Assembly: GCA_033442325.1 (NCBI GenBank) | Contig: JAWQFM010000036.1 | Coordinates: forward strand, 381,501-445,500 | Length of the DNA: 64,000 nucleotides | DNA from: Salpingoeca rosetta | Taxonomy: Eukaryota > Protista > Choanoflagellata | Direction of reading: 5' to 3' | Shown: piece by piece, positions 1 to 13,179 of the stretch | How positions within the stretch are numbered: position 1 is the first letter of the stretch | Layout of the letters: the number at the start of each line of letters is the position of its first letter | Notes under the pieces: generated by a model | Told to the model about the DNA's origin: nothing | What the model saw: only the letters and a program-made list of their open reading frames with translations | Databases searched by the model: none | Program-made: the position numbers and the translations under genes

Positions 1-3000
1 ACGTCCACCCGCGCGGAGGAAATGAGGGGCGAGTTGCCGCTGAAGGCAAGCACGCGGAACGAGTATGATGGCGTCTGCTCAAAGTCCAGTGGTGCCGCGA
101 GCGTCACCTCGCCCGTGGTGGCGTTGATGGCAAACGGGTTGTGAGAGCCTGTAATGTAGAGGTCATACGTGAGTGGGTCGTTGATACCCGTGTCCGGGTC
201 GCTTGCTGCGACGGTCACCAGCACCGTGCCCACGACAGCATCCTCAGCCACGGTGTGCGCGTACACGCCCTGCTGAAAGCGGGGTGCGTTGTCGTCGACG
301 TCGCCAACCTCAACCGTGACGTTGAGCGTCGCCGTGGCCTGGCGCACGCCCTGGTCTGTCGCCGTCACCATCAGGTTGTGCACAGCAACAGCCTCGTGGT
401 CCAGCCCTGGGCCGCGGGGCGCGACCGTGATGTTGCTTGCATACACCGTGACGGGCTCGGCAATGCCAGGTACGGCAACAACCACCACACGAGCAGGGGT
501 AAGTGCAAACGCGCCGGCATCGTTGCCCGTGGCGAACGCAAACGCAATCTCACCCTCGCTGCCGACGTCGCCGTCCACCGCATACACGGTACCGACAACG
601 GATCCCAGCGCCGCGTCCTCAAGCACATGCTGCGTGGTGGCGGATATGGGGCCCGCCTCTGCCGGTCCGTCATCACCGGACACAAACACGGGCACAAACT
701 TGTTGGTGGCGACCACGACCACGTCCAGCACGGCGCTGCCGGTCAGCTCGGGTGCAGCTGTGTTGGCGGCAACAAGCGACAGGCGAACCGTCATGGCCCC
801 GCGCACGGCCTCCGGCAGCGGACCAACAAACACCACGTCAAACACGTTCTCTGTTGCGGTCGTCGTCGTGTTGACTGCAAACGCGCCGGCAAGGGCGCTC
901 TCCACCGTCGATGATGGCGATGGTGGCGATGGGGCTGTGATGGCAACGGATGTGATGCGGTTGACAAGCGACACATCGCCGTCAACAACACTGACACGGG
1001 CCAGGGCGACTGGGCCCTCCTGCACGTCCGAGATGGTCACCGTGTACGTGCTCTGCTCAAAGCGCGGGGCAACGTCGTTGGCGTCCGTGACAAACACGCG
1101 CACATGTGCGGTGGAGGATCGGCTGCTGGCACCGCCGTCCCGCGCAGTCACTGACAGCATGTATGTCGCCTGCGCGTCCGTCTCCAAGTCGATGCTGCTG
1201 GTGCGGGTGGTGATCACACCCGTGGCCGCATCAATCGCAAAGAGCGCGCGCGAGGCCACATCAAGCTCATACTGCACTCGCGCATTGTCGCCGGCGTCCG
1301 CGTCCGTGGCGGTGACGGTGGCCACCACCACGCCCTGCTCGCCCTCCGCAATCGTGGCGTTGTACTGCGCAAACTCAAACACGGGCGTGTTGTCGTTGAT
1401 GTCGGCGATGGTCACCTGCATGGTGTGTGTGGATGCCAGGTCACTTCCCGGGTTGTATGCGGTCACCACGACGTCGCCCGTGATGGCCTGTGCAGCCAGG
1501 GCCTCGCGGTCAATGTCAGCAGCAACGGCAAGCGCCCCCGTCGTTGGCGACAGGGTGAAGAAGCGCGCAAACGCTCCGCCAGTGATGTTGTAGCGGACAG
1601 CAGAGGCCGGCGTGTTGGCCTGGTCGGCGTCCGTCGCCACAAGCTCTTGCACGACCGTGCCGACAGCGGTGTGCTCAGCCACGTCCAGGCGCGCCGGTGG
1701 CGGTCCCGTAAACACGGGGGCATTGTCGTTGATGTCCGCAATGGTGACGGCGACCGTGACATCAGCAGCGGCAAGCCCGTCTGATGCCGTCACCGTCACA
1801 GTCACGGCATCGCCATCCGTCTCCCTGTCGAGCGGACGTGCAAGCACAAGGGAAGCGTCGCCCGTGTCACCGTCCTGCACCACCGCAAACATTGTCGGCT
1901 CGCTCACGGTGTATGTGAGGGTGGAGAAGGCGGGCGTTGTGTCGGCATCGGAGAAGCCAAGCGAGGCAACCACGACAGTGCTGGCAGGCAGCTCCTCCTG
2001 CACCGTCGCCGCCAGGGATGACTGGAGCACGCGCGGTGGCTCGTCGTTGACGTCAACTACTGCAATCGTCACCGTGTGCTGCACCGTGTTCACGTCATTG
2101 GTGCTGGTACTGGTGGAAGCAGGGCGATCGCGCACTTGCACGCGAAGGGAGTGTGTCTGCTTCGCCTCGTAGTTGAGCGGTGCCACCAGCGTCACCTCGC
2201 CTGTGCGCGCGTCCACGGCAAACGCATCGCTGTCGCTAAAGTCCGACAGGAGCGCAAAGGAGAGGTTGGCGTTGGGCGGCGTATCTGTATCGACGGCAAC
2301 CACGCGCGTCACCAGCGTGCCAACCGGCGTGTCCTCGCTCACGTTCACAGCGGCGCGCGGTGCAGTGACGGTGGGCACCACGTCGTTCACGTCGGCGATT
2401 GTGATGGTGAGCAGCGTGGTGGTGTTGACGCCGTGGAACGGATCCTCAACAACGATCGTCACCTGCAGCGACGTCACGGCCTCGCGGTCAATGCTCTGCA
2501 CGAGCGACACGACGCCCGTCGCACGGTCAACCGCCAGCAGCGATTCTGCCGTTGTGGTGGCATCGCCGTTCGCCAGGTAGAAGCGTGGCGCGGTCGTGGT
2601 GGTGTCGGCGTCCGTGGTGGCGATGGTGGTGAGCACGGTGCCGGGTGCGTCTGCCTCGGAGACGGTCAGGGCAACGCGGTCCATTGCAGCAACAGCCGCG
2701 TTGTCGTCCACGTCACCAACTGTCACCGTGATGTTGAGCGATGCCGTCTGCGCAGGTGTGCCCAGGTCACTTGCCAGCACGATGAGCGTGTAAGCAGCGG
2801 TTGCCTCGCGGTCGAGTGGCGACGTCACTGTCACCGCGCCCGTCGTCGCGTCCACGTCAAACGCCGCGTCCGCGCTTGGTGTGCTGTCTGCAGAGACGAG
2901 CGAGTACTGCACCAGGTTGCTGGGCGACGTGTTGTCGGCGTCGGCAGCGCTGACGGTGGTGAGCAGGGTGGGCACGGCCACGTCCTCGGCCACGGCGAGC

Positions 3001-6000
3001 GACAACGCGGTGCCCTCGCGGAAGACGGGGGCGTTGTCGTTCGTGTCGCGCACGACAACAAACACCTTCGTGGACGAGGTGCGGCTGTTGGCACCGGCGC
3101 GGTCGCGGGCAAAGACGTCAAAGTTAAACAGCTGCTGCGATGCCGTGTCCTCCGCATCAAACGTGCGCATGGCTGTGATGGCGCCCGTGGACGCGTCAAT
3201 GGCGAAGGTCTGCAGTGCGGCGGCGTCACCCACGATGGAGTAGTCGATCACGCCGTTGCTGTTCGCGTCATCGTCCACAGCTTGCACCGTCAGCACGTGT
3301 GCGCCCACGGGCTGCCCTTCGTCCACCTCGACAATGTACATGCTGGACTCAAACTGCGGCGTGTTGTCGTTGACATCGAGCACGCTGATGACCACTTGCA
3401 TGCGGTCAGTCTGGCCCGTGGCTGTGTCCGTGGCAATGAGCGTGGCGACATACGTGCTCTGCGTCTCCCTGTCGAGGGGCGTGGCCGTGGAGATGGCGCC
3501 CGTGTCAGCATTGACGCTGAAGAGGGCTGAGGACACGCCTTGGATGGTAAAGGCCACGGCCGCATTGCCCCCGCTGACACCGCTTGTGTCCAGGCGCACG
3601 TTGCTTGCGGGCAACACAAGCGTGCCTGCACTGGCGTTCTCTTCCACGGTCGCGTTGACGCGCATGTCCAAGAGCATGTCCTTGGTATTGTCGAGCACGG
3701 TGAGGGACCAGGTGCGCAGCACAGTTGCGTTTGCATCCAGCAGCTGCAGCGTTGCTGTCTCGTCGCCCTCAACCACGGCATCGGCAACAGCCGTGATGCT
3801 CACGGCAAACGACGACGACGACGACGACGACGACGGTGTCAGGTGCACCTCCAGCACAGCTGCTGTTGCTGTTGCAACGGCAGGGAGGATGTCGCCCCGA
3901 TCGCCAAAGTAGAGGTCGGTGCTAGTCTCAGCAATGGGGGTGAGCGCCACGTCCTCAAGCGTGCCGTCCGAGGAGAGGGAGACGGAGCCGGCCGTCACCA
4001 CTGCCAGCTGCTGCGGGCTGCACTGCACAGCTGCAACCGCGTGCGTGATGGCAGACACCTCGCTCACGTCCACAAACGCATTCACGTCAGCGTCAAACTG
4101 GTACTCGATTGCAGCCAGCCGCTCCACAGACACAAACAGCCCAAGAGGCTGCTGTTGCTGTTGTTGCTGTTGTTGCTGCTGTTGTTGGGCCATTGGTGAG
4201 CCCACGGTGAAGAGGAGGGCGTGCACAGCCACTTTGTTTTCCGTGTCGAGAGCAATGGATTGGGTGTGGCCCACATGCATGGGTGCGGCAGTGGCCGTCG
4301 TGGCTGCAGCCGTGATGGCGGTGTGGGCGTTGAGAAGACGGAAGATGGCCACGGTGCTGCCTTGATCGGCAACAAGCGCAACTGTCAGGTCGCAGTCACC
4401 GGCAATGCTGGATGACGGCTGGCAGACAGCAGACACAGACTCTGCACCAGAGGTGGCGAGCGTGAGCATGGGCGCAAAGGTGCCGTCAGCCTGCATGCGC
4501 CACACGCTGCTTGGCGTGTCGAACGACGCCTGCTGCGAGTCGTACTTGTTTGCGAGCACAACCAGGACGTGATCCTGGTCATCGACAGCGCTGTTGGCGG
4601 GGACGTGGACGGCGGTGACGTCTGTCGCGCCCTGCGTCGCCAACTCCTGCACCTGCACGTATGCACCGAGCGTGGCGTTGAAGCGGAGCACGGGCGAGGC
4701 CAAGTTGGTGTTGCCGCTGTTGTCCTGCGAGTTGGAGAATATGAGCGTCGTCGCATCGCCCCGCTGCGCAAACGCACATGCGGATGCGCCCACCGTGGAC
4801 ACGCGCTGCAACAGCACAAACTGCTGCGTAGTCGTGTCCCACGCGTACACGTTCGATTTGGTCGCAAAGTCGTTGCCTGTTCGCGTGTTGGCGATAGCGA
4901 GATGCTCAACGCCACCCACGCGCGCGCGACACAAACCAGCGGGCTTGTCGGAGACGACAAGCGTCTGCACCAGCTCAAGCGTCGTGGCGTCGTACACGTT
5001 CACGGAACCTGTGCCCACGCCTTGCTCGGAGACAATGTGCAGTTGCGTGCCCGGCTCTGGCCACGAGCACACCACGCTTGCCGGGCTCCTTGCCGTGTTC
5101 ACCGATCTCAGTGGCACAACCGCAAAGTTTGAAGCTAACGATAAGAATGAAGTGAACAGTTGAGGACGGGTGAGTCAATTTGGTTGTGTGTGTGTGTGGG
5201 TGTGTGGGTGTGTGATTGTGTGTGTGTGTGTGTGTGTGTGGGACACAACAGACGGTTTGCAGGTCCCATGTTTCCTTTTTGTTCATGTGTGTTTGCGTCC
5301 GGAGTCCGTGTATAGGGGGTTTGTTTATTTTTTTTATTTTTTTTTGTGTTTGTATTGTATTTTATACATTTGAATTTGGATTTCTTCTCTTTCNNNNNNN
5401 NNNNNNNNNNNNNNNNNNNNNNNNNNNNNNNNNNNNNNNNNNNNNNNNNNNNNNNNNNNNNNNNNNNNNNNNNNNNNNNNNNNNNNNNNNNNNNNNNNNN
5501 NNNNNNNNNNNNNNNNNNNNNNNNNNNNNNNNNNNNNNNNNNNNNNNNNNNNNNNNNNNNNNNNNNNNNNNNNNNNNNNNNNNNNNNNNNNNNNNNNNNN
5601 NNNNNNNNNNNNNNNNNNNNNNNNNNNNNNNNNNNNNNNNNNNNNNNNNNNNNNNNNNNNNNNNNNNNNNNNNNNNNNNNNNNNNNNNNNNNNNNNNNNN
5701 NNNNNNNNNNNNNNNNNNNNNNNNNNNNNNNNNNNNNNNNNNNNNNNNNNNNNNNNNNNNNNNNNNNNNNNNNNNNNNNNNNNNNNNNNNNNNNNNNNNN
5801 NNNNNNNNNNNNNNNNNNNNNNNNNNNNNNNNNNNNNNNNNNNNNNNNNNNNNNNNNNNNNNNNNNNNNNNNNNNNNNNNNNNNNNNNNNNNNNNNNNNN
5901 NNNNNNNNNNNNNNNNNNNNNNNNNNNNNNNNNNNNNNNNNNNNNNNNNNNNNNNNNNNNNNNNNNNNNNNNNNNNNNNNNNNNNNNNNNNNNNNNNNNN

Positions 6001-6607
6001 NNNNNNNNNNNNNNNNNNNNNNNNNNNNNNNNNNNNNNNNNNNNNNNNNNNNNNNNNNNNNNNNNNNNNNNNNNNNNNNNNNNNNNNNNNNNNNNNNNNN
6101 NNNNNNNNNNNNNNNNNNNNNNNNNNNNNNNNGTTGTGTGTGTGTGTGGTGGTGTGGTGTGTGATGTGTGTGTGTGTGTGTGTGTGGCGAACACAACAGT
6201 ACGTTTGTCAGTGCACATGTGTGCGTGTGTACGTGTGTGTGTGCGTCCGTGTGTGTGTGTGTGTGCAGGCAAACGAGCTAGCATGTCGTCGCTTTGAGCT
6301 GCAACAGAAATAGAAACACGCACGAAGGTGCACACGTCATCTATCGCACGAAGGTAGGTGCTACACAAACACATTACATCCCCCTTATACCTTGCGCGCG
6401 GGTGCTCCAAGTTGCAGTTTGCGAGGTGCCGGTGAGGTACACTTGATCAAGGCCATCCACAAAGACATCGACGTCAGTGGATTCTCCTTCACGGAGCGAG
6501 ATGGCGATGGGGTCGTCTTGTGCATTGCATGCTGCTGTCGCCAGTAGCGTGCACACCAGAGTGGCGCCAAGCAGCAGCCGGGCAAACCGACCAACTGCTG
6601 TTCTCAT
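1..6607 (-). CDS. Large secreted/cell-surface cadherin-repeat protein with N-terminal EAR/EPTP-like repeats; 3' end lies outside the window. Exons 6607-6391 and 5134-<1
   Basis: Exon 1 encodes a signal peptide (MRTAVGRFARLLLGATLVCTLLATAACNAQ); phase-1 GT donor at 6390 matches AG acceptor at 5135-5136; the reading frame at 5132 equals that at position 140. Repeated cadherin motifs DxNDNxPxF (LDVNDNTPQF ~3360, RDTNDNAPVF ~3035, ADINDNAPVF ~1725, ADINDNTPVF ~1390, GDVDDNAPRF ~290), LDRE/LDFE and AxDxD; roughly 11-12 repeats. Missing from the ORF track because it has no stop in the window. An extra exon inside the gap cannot be excluded. Confidence 0.93.
5394..6131. other. Assembly gap (N run) within the cadherin intron
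   Basis: Run of N. Confidence 1.
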
Positions 6608-7755
6608 CCTGTTGACGTGTATGAGCGCTACACAGGCAGGGTAATGGGAAATGGGAATGTGAGCGTGAGAGCGGGTAATAGGGGGGGGGGGGCATGATCC
6701 TATGATCGGGTGGTTGGGTAGCGATTGTGCATGGCAGGATGATAGGTAACGCGTAGGGCGTGGCAATGGAGCAGCAGTTTGTGCGATGATGCGAGGCGGG
6801 CAAAACACCTCCGCTATATGCTCACCTTTCTTCCGAGAAGCGTCACCACAAAACAAACGGGACAACAAGCACCCAGTTGCTCGTGCGGCGCTGGGTGACG
6901 TCGGGATGGGGATGGGGATGGGGATGGATTGGTGGGTGTTGAAAGTGAGTGTGTGTCGTGGTATGTGTGTGTGTGTGTGTGTTTCGTGGTATGTGTGTGT
7001 GTGTGTGTTTGTGTGCGTGGCTGTGTTGTGTGTGATTGTTGTTTGTGGGTGGGGCGTCGATGGTTTTATTGCTCAAAGTTGGGGAATAGGGGAAGGGGCG
7101 AAGAGGAAAATTCACACACATCATTCACGAAAGGAGGGAGTGGGCTAACGGTAATTTGAAGTTGGCGGCAATAGTGTTGTTGTTGTTGTTCTGTTGTCGC
7201 TGTGGTGGTGCTGCGTTTCGTTGAGGTGAACACGAATGCGGCAGCACTACCAGCAAGCGCATCATGTGCTAGTTACATACTTCTTCTTCTCCATGTTGTT
7301 CAGACAGTGAGTGCTTGCCAATCGTTTTCCGAGTTGGCGACACCGCACCAACAATGTGTGCGTGTGACTGAACATGCAACGGGCTCTCTGGATTGCTTGG
7401 ATTGGGGGGTTCAATACGAAGAATAGAAAGCAAGATGGAAACCTGCGTTCAGATCGATTAGGAACGAAAAAGGGAAAGGGAAAGGGAAGAAACAGCGCAA
7501 GCAACAGTGAAGAGAGGGGAGGGGGGAGGCACGCCACCATGAGGGGCGTGAAGAAAGACAACGCGCAGCAGCGCAAAGCGAGAGAAAAAACGACGCAAAT
7601 GAGAAACACAACACCAACTAGTTGGAGGGGGGGGGGGAACGACATCCAATCACGCCAAATCTCGTCGTCTGTTCACATGTCGATACACACATACACACAC
7701 ACACACACACACACGAATGTAAAGAGACAACACAACGCATGTTTGACGCCAACAA

Positions 7756-8133
7756 TCACAGGTCGTCGTTGTCGTCGAGGGAGGATGGCACTCCAACGAG
7801 GCCGCATGTTGCATCCTGCATGTCATTGAAGATGTTCAAGGCGGCCGAGGCAGAAAATGGGGCTGCCTTGGCTGTCGCTGATGGTGCCGTTCCAAAGCAG
7901 AACGGGTCTGGTGCAAACTCATCCAGACTCAAGTCCAGCGCGTCATCCGAGCCGTTAGCATCACCAAACGCTCTGCACACACACACACACACACAAGTGT
8001 GCGTGAAGCAGTGTTTCATCCACGAATTGTGGAGTGGTGTTGCATGGCAGATGAGAGCGTGTACGTGTTGACATGTGGGATGCCTTCGCGTCGCCGACAC
8101 ACACACACAGACAGACTCACACGCACGCATACT

Positions 8134-8172
<39 letters not shown>

Positions 8173-9177
8173 TGCCAGCTTGTCCTGGAATGGGTCTGGG
8201 ATGTGCATGTCATCGTCGTTCATGGGCATCCTCTCAACAGGCTTGTCCCACCATGCTCGCGTTTCCTTCCGCTGCTGCTGTTGCTGTGTTGCTTTCATCG
8301 TGCTTGCAGGCATGGCCAGCCCCTTGGTGGCGTTGGCCTGCTTGAGGGCGCCTGGGCGGAGGGCGAGCTTGCTACTGCTGCTGGTGTTGGGGTTGATGGA
8401 ACTGTTGGTGCCTGACTGGTCAGCGCGCACACCAAGCTTCTTGGACGCCTTGCGCGCCGATGGGAAGCCGGGCGTCTTGCCGGCCTTGAGCACGTGGCTG
8501 TTGTTGCTCACATCGCCCAGTGCACGCCGCGGCGTCGCAGCCACAGTCTTGTTTGGGAAAGGAGTGGGTGAGGGGAAGGTGTTGAAGTGGAGGGAGTGAG
8601 AGACGCAGTATGTGGTCGCGTATGAAGTGCGTATATGTTTGTGGATGTCACGAAGCGAGAATGTTTGTGGATGACACAAACATGCGTTTCTCTCCATCTT
8701 CGTCTCTGTTTTCTTGTGAAGAGAGCAAACAACGAACAACACGCCACAAGTGGCGCCCGCCACGCGTTTGCGCACCATTGCTCAGTTGCCTACCTTGGCT
8801 GTAACTGGGGTCATGGACGGTTGTGTGTTGAGACCGTCCTTGCGAGACGCAAGCCCTGGTGAGTTGTATTGAAATGGCGCGCGCGTGCGTGTGCGTGTGC
8901 GTGTGTGTGTGTGTGCGTGTGTGTATGGTGTGTAGAATAGCAGCGGTGATGAACGGGTGTGAGCGAGGAGTGTTGGTTGACGTGAGGGAATGGCACACCG
9001 TAGAGAATAGTCCAAGGGTTGACAAGGAAAAGCGAAGAAACTCAAACGTACAGGGACACACTAAACACCAAACACATGGACACACGCACACACACCTTTT
9101 CTTGGGGAGCGCATCTTGTTGGCAGCGGTGCCTGGTCGCCCAATGTCTGGGTCGACAAATACGGTGAACGTGGACAT
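7756..9177 (-). CDS. Securin-like (PTTG1/Pds1/Cut2-type) D-box protein, ~245 aa. Exons 9177-9096, 8855-8794, 8547-8171, 7972-7756
   Basis: Four exons join in frame via GT-AG introns (phases 1,0,2). N-terminus MSTFTVFVDPDIGRPGT...RKDGL, D-box RRALGDVSN, basic N-half, KPVERMP motif, acidic C-half. Gene structure is well supported; the securin identity is inferred. Confidence 0.7.
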
Positions 9178-9356
9178 GGCGTTGCTGTTTCGTGGGGTTG
9201 CCTGAAAGGAGCGTGAGCGCCAACGACGGTTGTGTGGCAGCGCGCCAAGAGTAGCAGGTTGCACATGAGCACGCGAACTACACACAAACACACACACAGG
9301 CAGGCAGGCAGGCAGGTAGACAGACGACAGACGGACACACACACACACACACACAC

Positions 9357-9419
<63 letters not shown>

Positions 9420-9486
9420 ACACACAGACACACACACACACAGAGACACACACACACACACACACAGACACACACGCACTCGCTGG

Positions 9487-9502
9487 TTCAAAATTTGCCC
9501 GC
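9487..9502 (-). promoter_or_regulatory. Candidate CDE/CHR (DREAM/MuvB) cell-cycle element GCGGGC-AAAT-TTTGAA
   Basis: Exact TTTGAA with a G/C hexamer 4 nt upstream, adjacent to a putative 5'UTR intron donor (9479; acceptor 9202) of the securin-like gene. Confidence 0.5.
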
Positions 9503-9578
9503 CGACTGGCTTGTTGTGGTGACGGGAGTTGTGAGAAAATAAGGCAAATTTTCCCAACTTCGATCAAGAAAACCAACG

Positions 9579-10941
9579 ATGATGACGACTGCGCGCTGGC
9601 TCGCAGTTGTTGTTGCTGCGACTGCTGTGCTGCTAGCGTGCTGTGACAAGGCACTTGCGTCGAGCCCAAAGGACTACAACCAACACGTGAGTACAGCAAA
9701 ACGACGTGTGCGCGTACGTGTGCGTGTTTGTTTGTGTGAGTGCGTGTGCGAAACATGTATCTTTCCTTCCCGAACACACTGTTGTCCACACATACAAGCA
9801 CGCATGCATGGTTTTCGATGGTTTCCGTCTACTGATTCTCCATACTGCACAGGTAACCGTGTCCGTGCTTGGCGCACGCTGGAGTTATGACTCTGCCGTT
9901 GTGGCGGCAAGGGTAGTTCATGTCGTGCAGGCGCTCCACAGTAGGTACGGTGACTATTCCGTCTCTTCCTCTCTTTTTTGTTTGTTTTGTGTTGGAGAAG
10001 TACGCGCTCATCAGCATCGTTATTGCAGAAACAACATGTTGCAGCGTGTTCTATGTTTCAGCGCCGCGCAGCAACTTCCCGCGTTCACATCACAGCGTTG
10101 TTGTGCATGCACATATATAGAGGCCACAATGTCACGCTTCGATTGCAAGAGTGCTGGCGGGAGGATGGTGCGTGCAAGACGCGGCAGCGGCAGACTGGCG
10201 AGCCACCTCTGTGGTGGTACCCACGCGTGCTCATGTCAGCAGATGCAGCGCAAGGGGAGCCAATCACCTATTCAGGAGCGCTTACGACGCATGCACTGGA
10301 TGCATACATTACGCAGCTCGCACAGCCGCTCCAACCCATCGACTTCAACGCTGGTCTTTCGCGCACAAACGCAGATGGCAGCACAGAGAATGCGAAAGAA
10401 GCCGAGCAAAGTGCAGCGTATACAGAGGATGACAGGCACATGGTGGAGGTGGCGGGGTACGATGAAGGGCACGTGGTTGAGGAGGAAGAGGAGGAGGAGG
10501 AAGAAGTCGGTGCGCGCGAAGACACGGCAGCAGGCACCAGGCAGAAACTCAATGATCGTGATCATGCTGAGGACGATTATGGTGATGATGATGGTGATGG
10601 TGATGATGATGGTGGTGGTAATGAGTGTTGTACAGAGCAGAGGCGTGCAGACGAGTGGCAGCAGATGTGTGAGGACAAAGTGTGTATCGTGATATTTGAC
10701 GACGTGCATGACAGGGCTTCAGCTGCTGCTGGTGATGATGGCAATGACGACGACAGCAACGGGGGCGACGGGAGGTCCCATCCGACAAACCAGGCCAGTG
10801 TTGTGCGCGCACACCTACGCGCACACGCACACACACGCCCACGGCGCCCGCCTGTCATGCACATCGCGAGTCGTCTGATTGCGGAGTTTCAAGATGCGTT
10901 TCTGCCACGGCAGGTCGAACTGCTTGCATCACCGCTGGTGG

Positions 10942-11013
<72 letters not shown>

Positions 11014-11722
11014 GCAATAGTGGCGATACGAGGGACGAGCATTCGCGCATGGGCGCAAACAGCAGCAACGGCAGGGGTGATGGTGGCAGTGGTGGTGCGT
11101 CGTCGAAATCGTGGCTGCTGTCTCTTCATCAGCGGCCATCAACGACCCCTGTGGCCGTCTTTCCTCCAGGCACCAGCCGCCCGAGCAAAGTGAGCAAATG
11201 CTGTTTGCAAGTGTGTGCGTGTTGTTTGCACGTGTGTGCGTGTGTGGTGTATGTGTGTGTATGTGTGTGTTTTTCCCACTTTCGTCTTTGGTGATGAAGC
11301 ACGGCAAGTACGGGCCTGTCACCTCGTCAACCATCCATCCCCTCCGTTCATCCAATACCATCTGGTGTCTTTCCGTGTGTGTTTGTCTCTTCATGCACAT
11401 GTCCCTCTCTCCCCTCCCTCTCCCTCCTCCCTTGTACCTGTCGTCGTGTCAGGTTGTGCATTGTGGCGGCGGCACCAGCGGTGTCAGCGCGTGTGTTCAC
11501 GACATTCGCGCAGCAGCCGCGCCCTGGATCGCCACACTCGCGTCAACGCAATTCGACCAGGTGCCATGCGTGTGTGCAAGTGTGTGTGTGTGCATGTGTG
11601 TGTGCATGTGTGTGTGCATGTGTGCATGTGTGTGTGCATGTGTGTGTGCATGTGTGCATGACCTTTGCGTAACACGCCACACATGCTTGGTCCTGCTCAT
11701 GAGTAACAACACAACTTCCCAT

Positions 11723-11770
<48 letters not shown>

Positions 11771-12310
11771 CTGTTGGCTGCACATACATGTCAATGTTGA
11801 ACAAACAGATTGTGGGCAGTGACCAGGATGACTCATCAACACTGCACGTCGTTGGGTTTGTGTCATTCAAATCCATTCACACACGCACGCGCACGCGTAG
11901 TGGTGCTAGCGCTCACAACACTGCTGTTTCAGTTGACGGTGAGTGGTGGCGGTGGCTGTAATGATGATTGTGGTTGTGGTTGTGCCCCAACTGACTTTGG
12001 AAGTGGAGTGCATGGCTTTGGATGCAACGCTTGTTGGGTCAGTGCTGATGGAGGTTAGGCCATGCTTGAGAACATGCTGTGTATTTCGTTTCCATTCACA
12101 CACACACACACACATGGTCGTGCTCTTGCCAGAGGTTGGTGGTGATGCGAATTTCACGGCCGCAGCGACGGGCACTGGCGCAAGACAACAGCAGCAACAA
12201 CAACAACAACAACAACAGCAGCAGCAGCAGCAGCAACAACAACAACAACAGCAACAACAACAACAACAACAATTGCAGCAGCAGCAGCAGCAGCAACAAC
12301 AACAACAATT

Positions 12311-12347
<37 letters not shown>

Positions 12348-12356
12348 CAACAATTG

Positions 12357-12397
<41 letters not shown>

Positions 12398-12415
12398 GCA
12401 ACAACAACAACAATT

Positions 12416-12464
<49 letters not shown>

Positions 12465-12472
12465 CAACAATT

Positions 12473-12534
<62 letters not shown>

Positions 12535-13131
12535 AGCAGCAGCAACGCCTTCAGCCCGCGTTGGTTGGAAGCATGCTGTTTCCAGCACTGCCTTCCCTGC
12601 TTGACGTGGAGGGGGAGGATGCTGCCACACACGATGGCACCGCTGACGCTGATAGGGCGTGTGGGGAGGAGTGTGCGTTTGTGAAGGCATTCAAGACGCT
12701 GCACGCGATGCTTGCAAGCACGTGTGGCGACACCGCCCAACACCAACGCGGCCGCGAACAAGCGCAAACACCCGATTGCTCATTTCAGGTCAGAGCCTGG
12801 AGGTCAAGAGAGGTTGTGTATATGTGTGCATGAGTGAGGGGTGGGAGAGAGTGAGTACGTGTGTAAGTGTATTTGTGTGAGTGTGTTTGCAAATGTGTGT
12901 ATGTGTGCGTATGTCTGCAGGCAACGTGTTGTTGCTTGAATGCTTGCATGCAGTGAACCAACCAAACAAAGGCAGCTCTCCAACGCTCATCGCCCCCAGC
13001 TCCTGCTCCCCCCCCCCCATCTTCCATGTTCCATTGCAGCTTCACTTTGGAGATGCTGATCGACTCCGTCACATTGCGCGGCGGGCGCACGTGCCAGATA
13101 CGGTATGCGAGGTCGCTGTGGACAGAAGCAT

Positions 13132-13179
<48 letters not shown>

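Noticed and set aside
141-5163. Many long plus-strand ORFs (e.g. 289-1593, 2076-3530)
   Set aside because: Antisense shadows of the GC-rich minus-strand cadherin exon; no recognisable motifs
5135-6410. ORFs spanning the N run (likewise 45762-47412 and 57531-59057)
   Set aside because: Artefacts of translating through assembly gaps
7150-7172. TTTGAA next to GGCGGC upstream of the cadherin gene
   Set aside because: Order and spacing do not match CDE-N4-CHR; expected by chance
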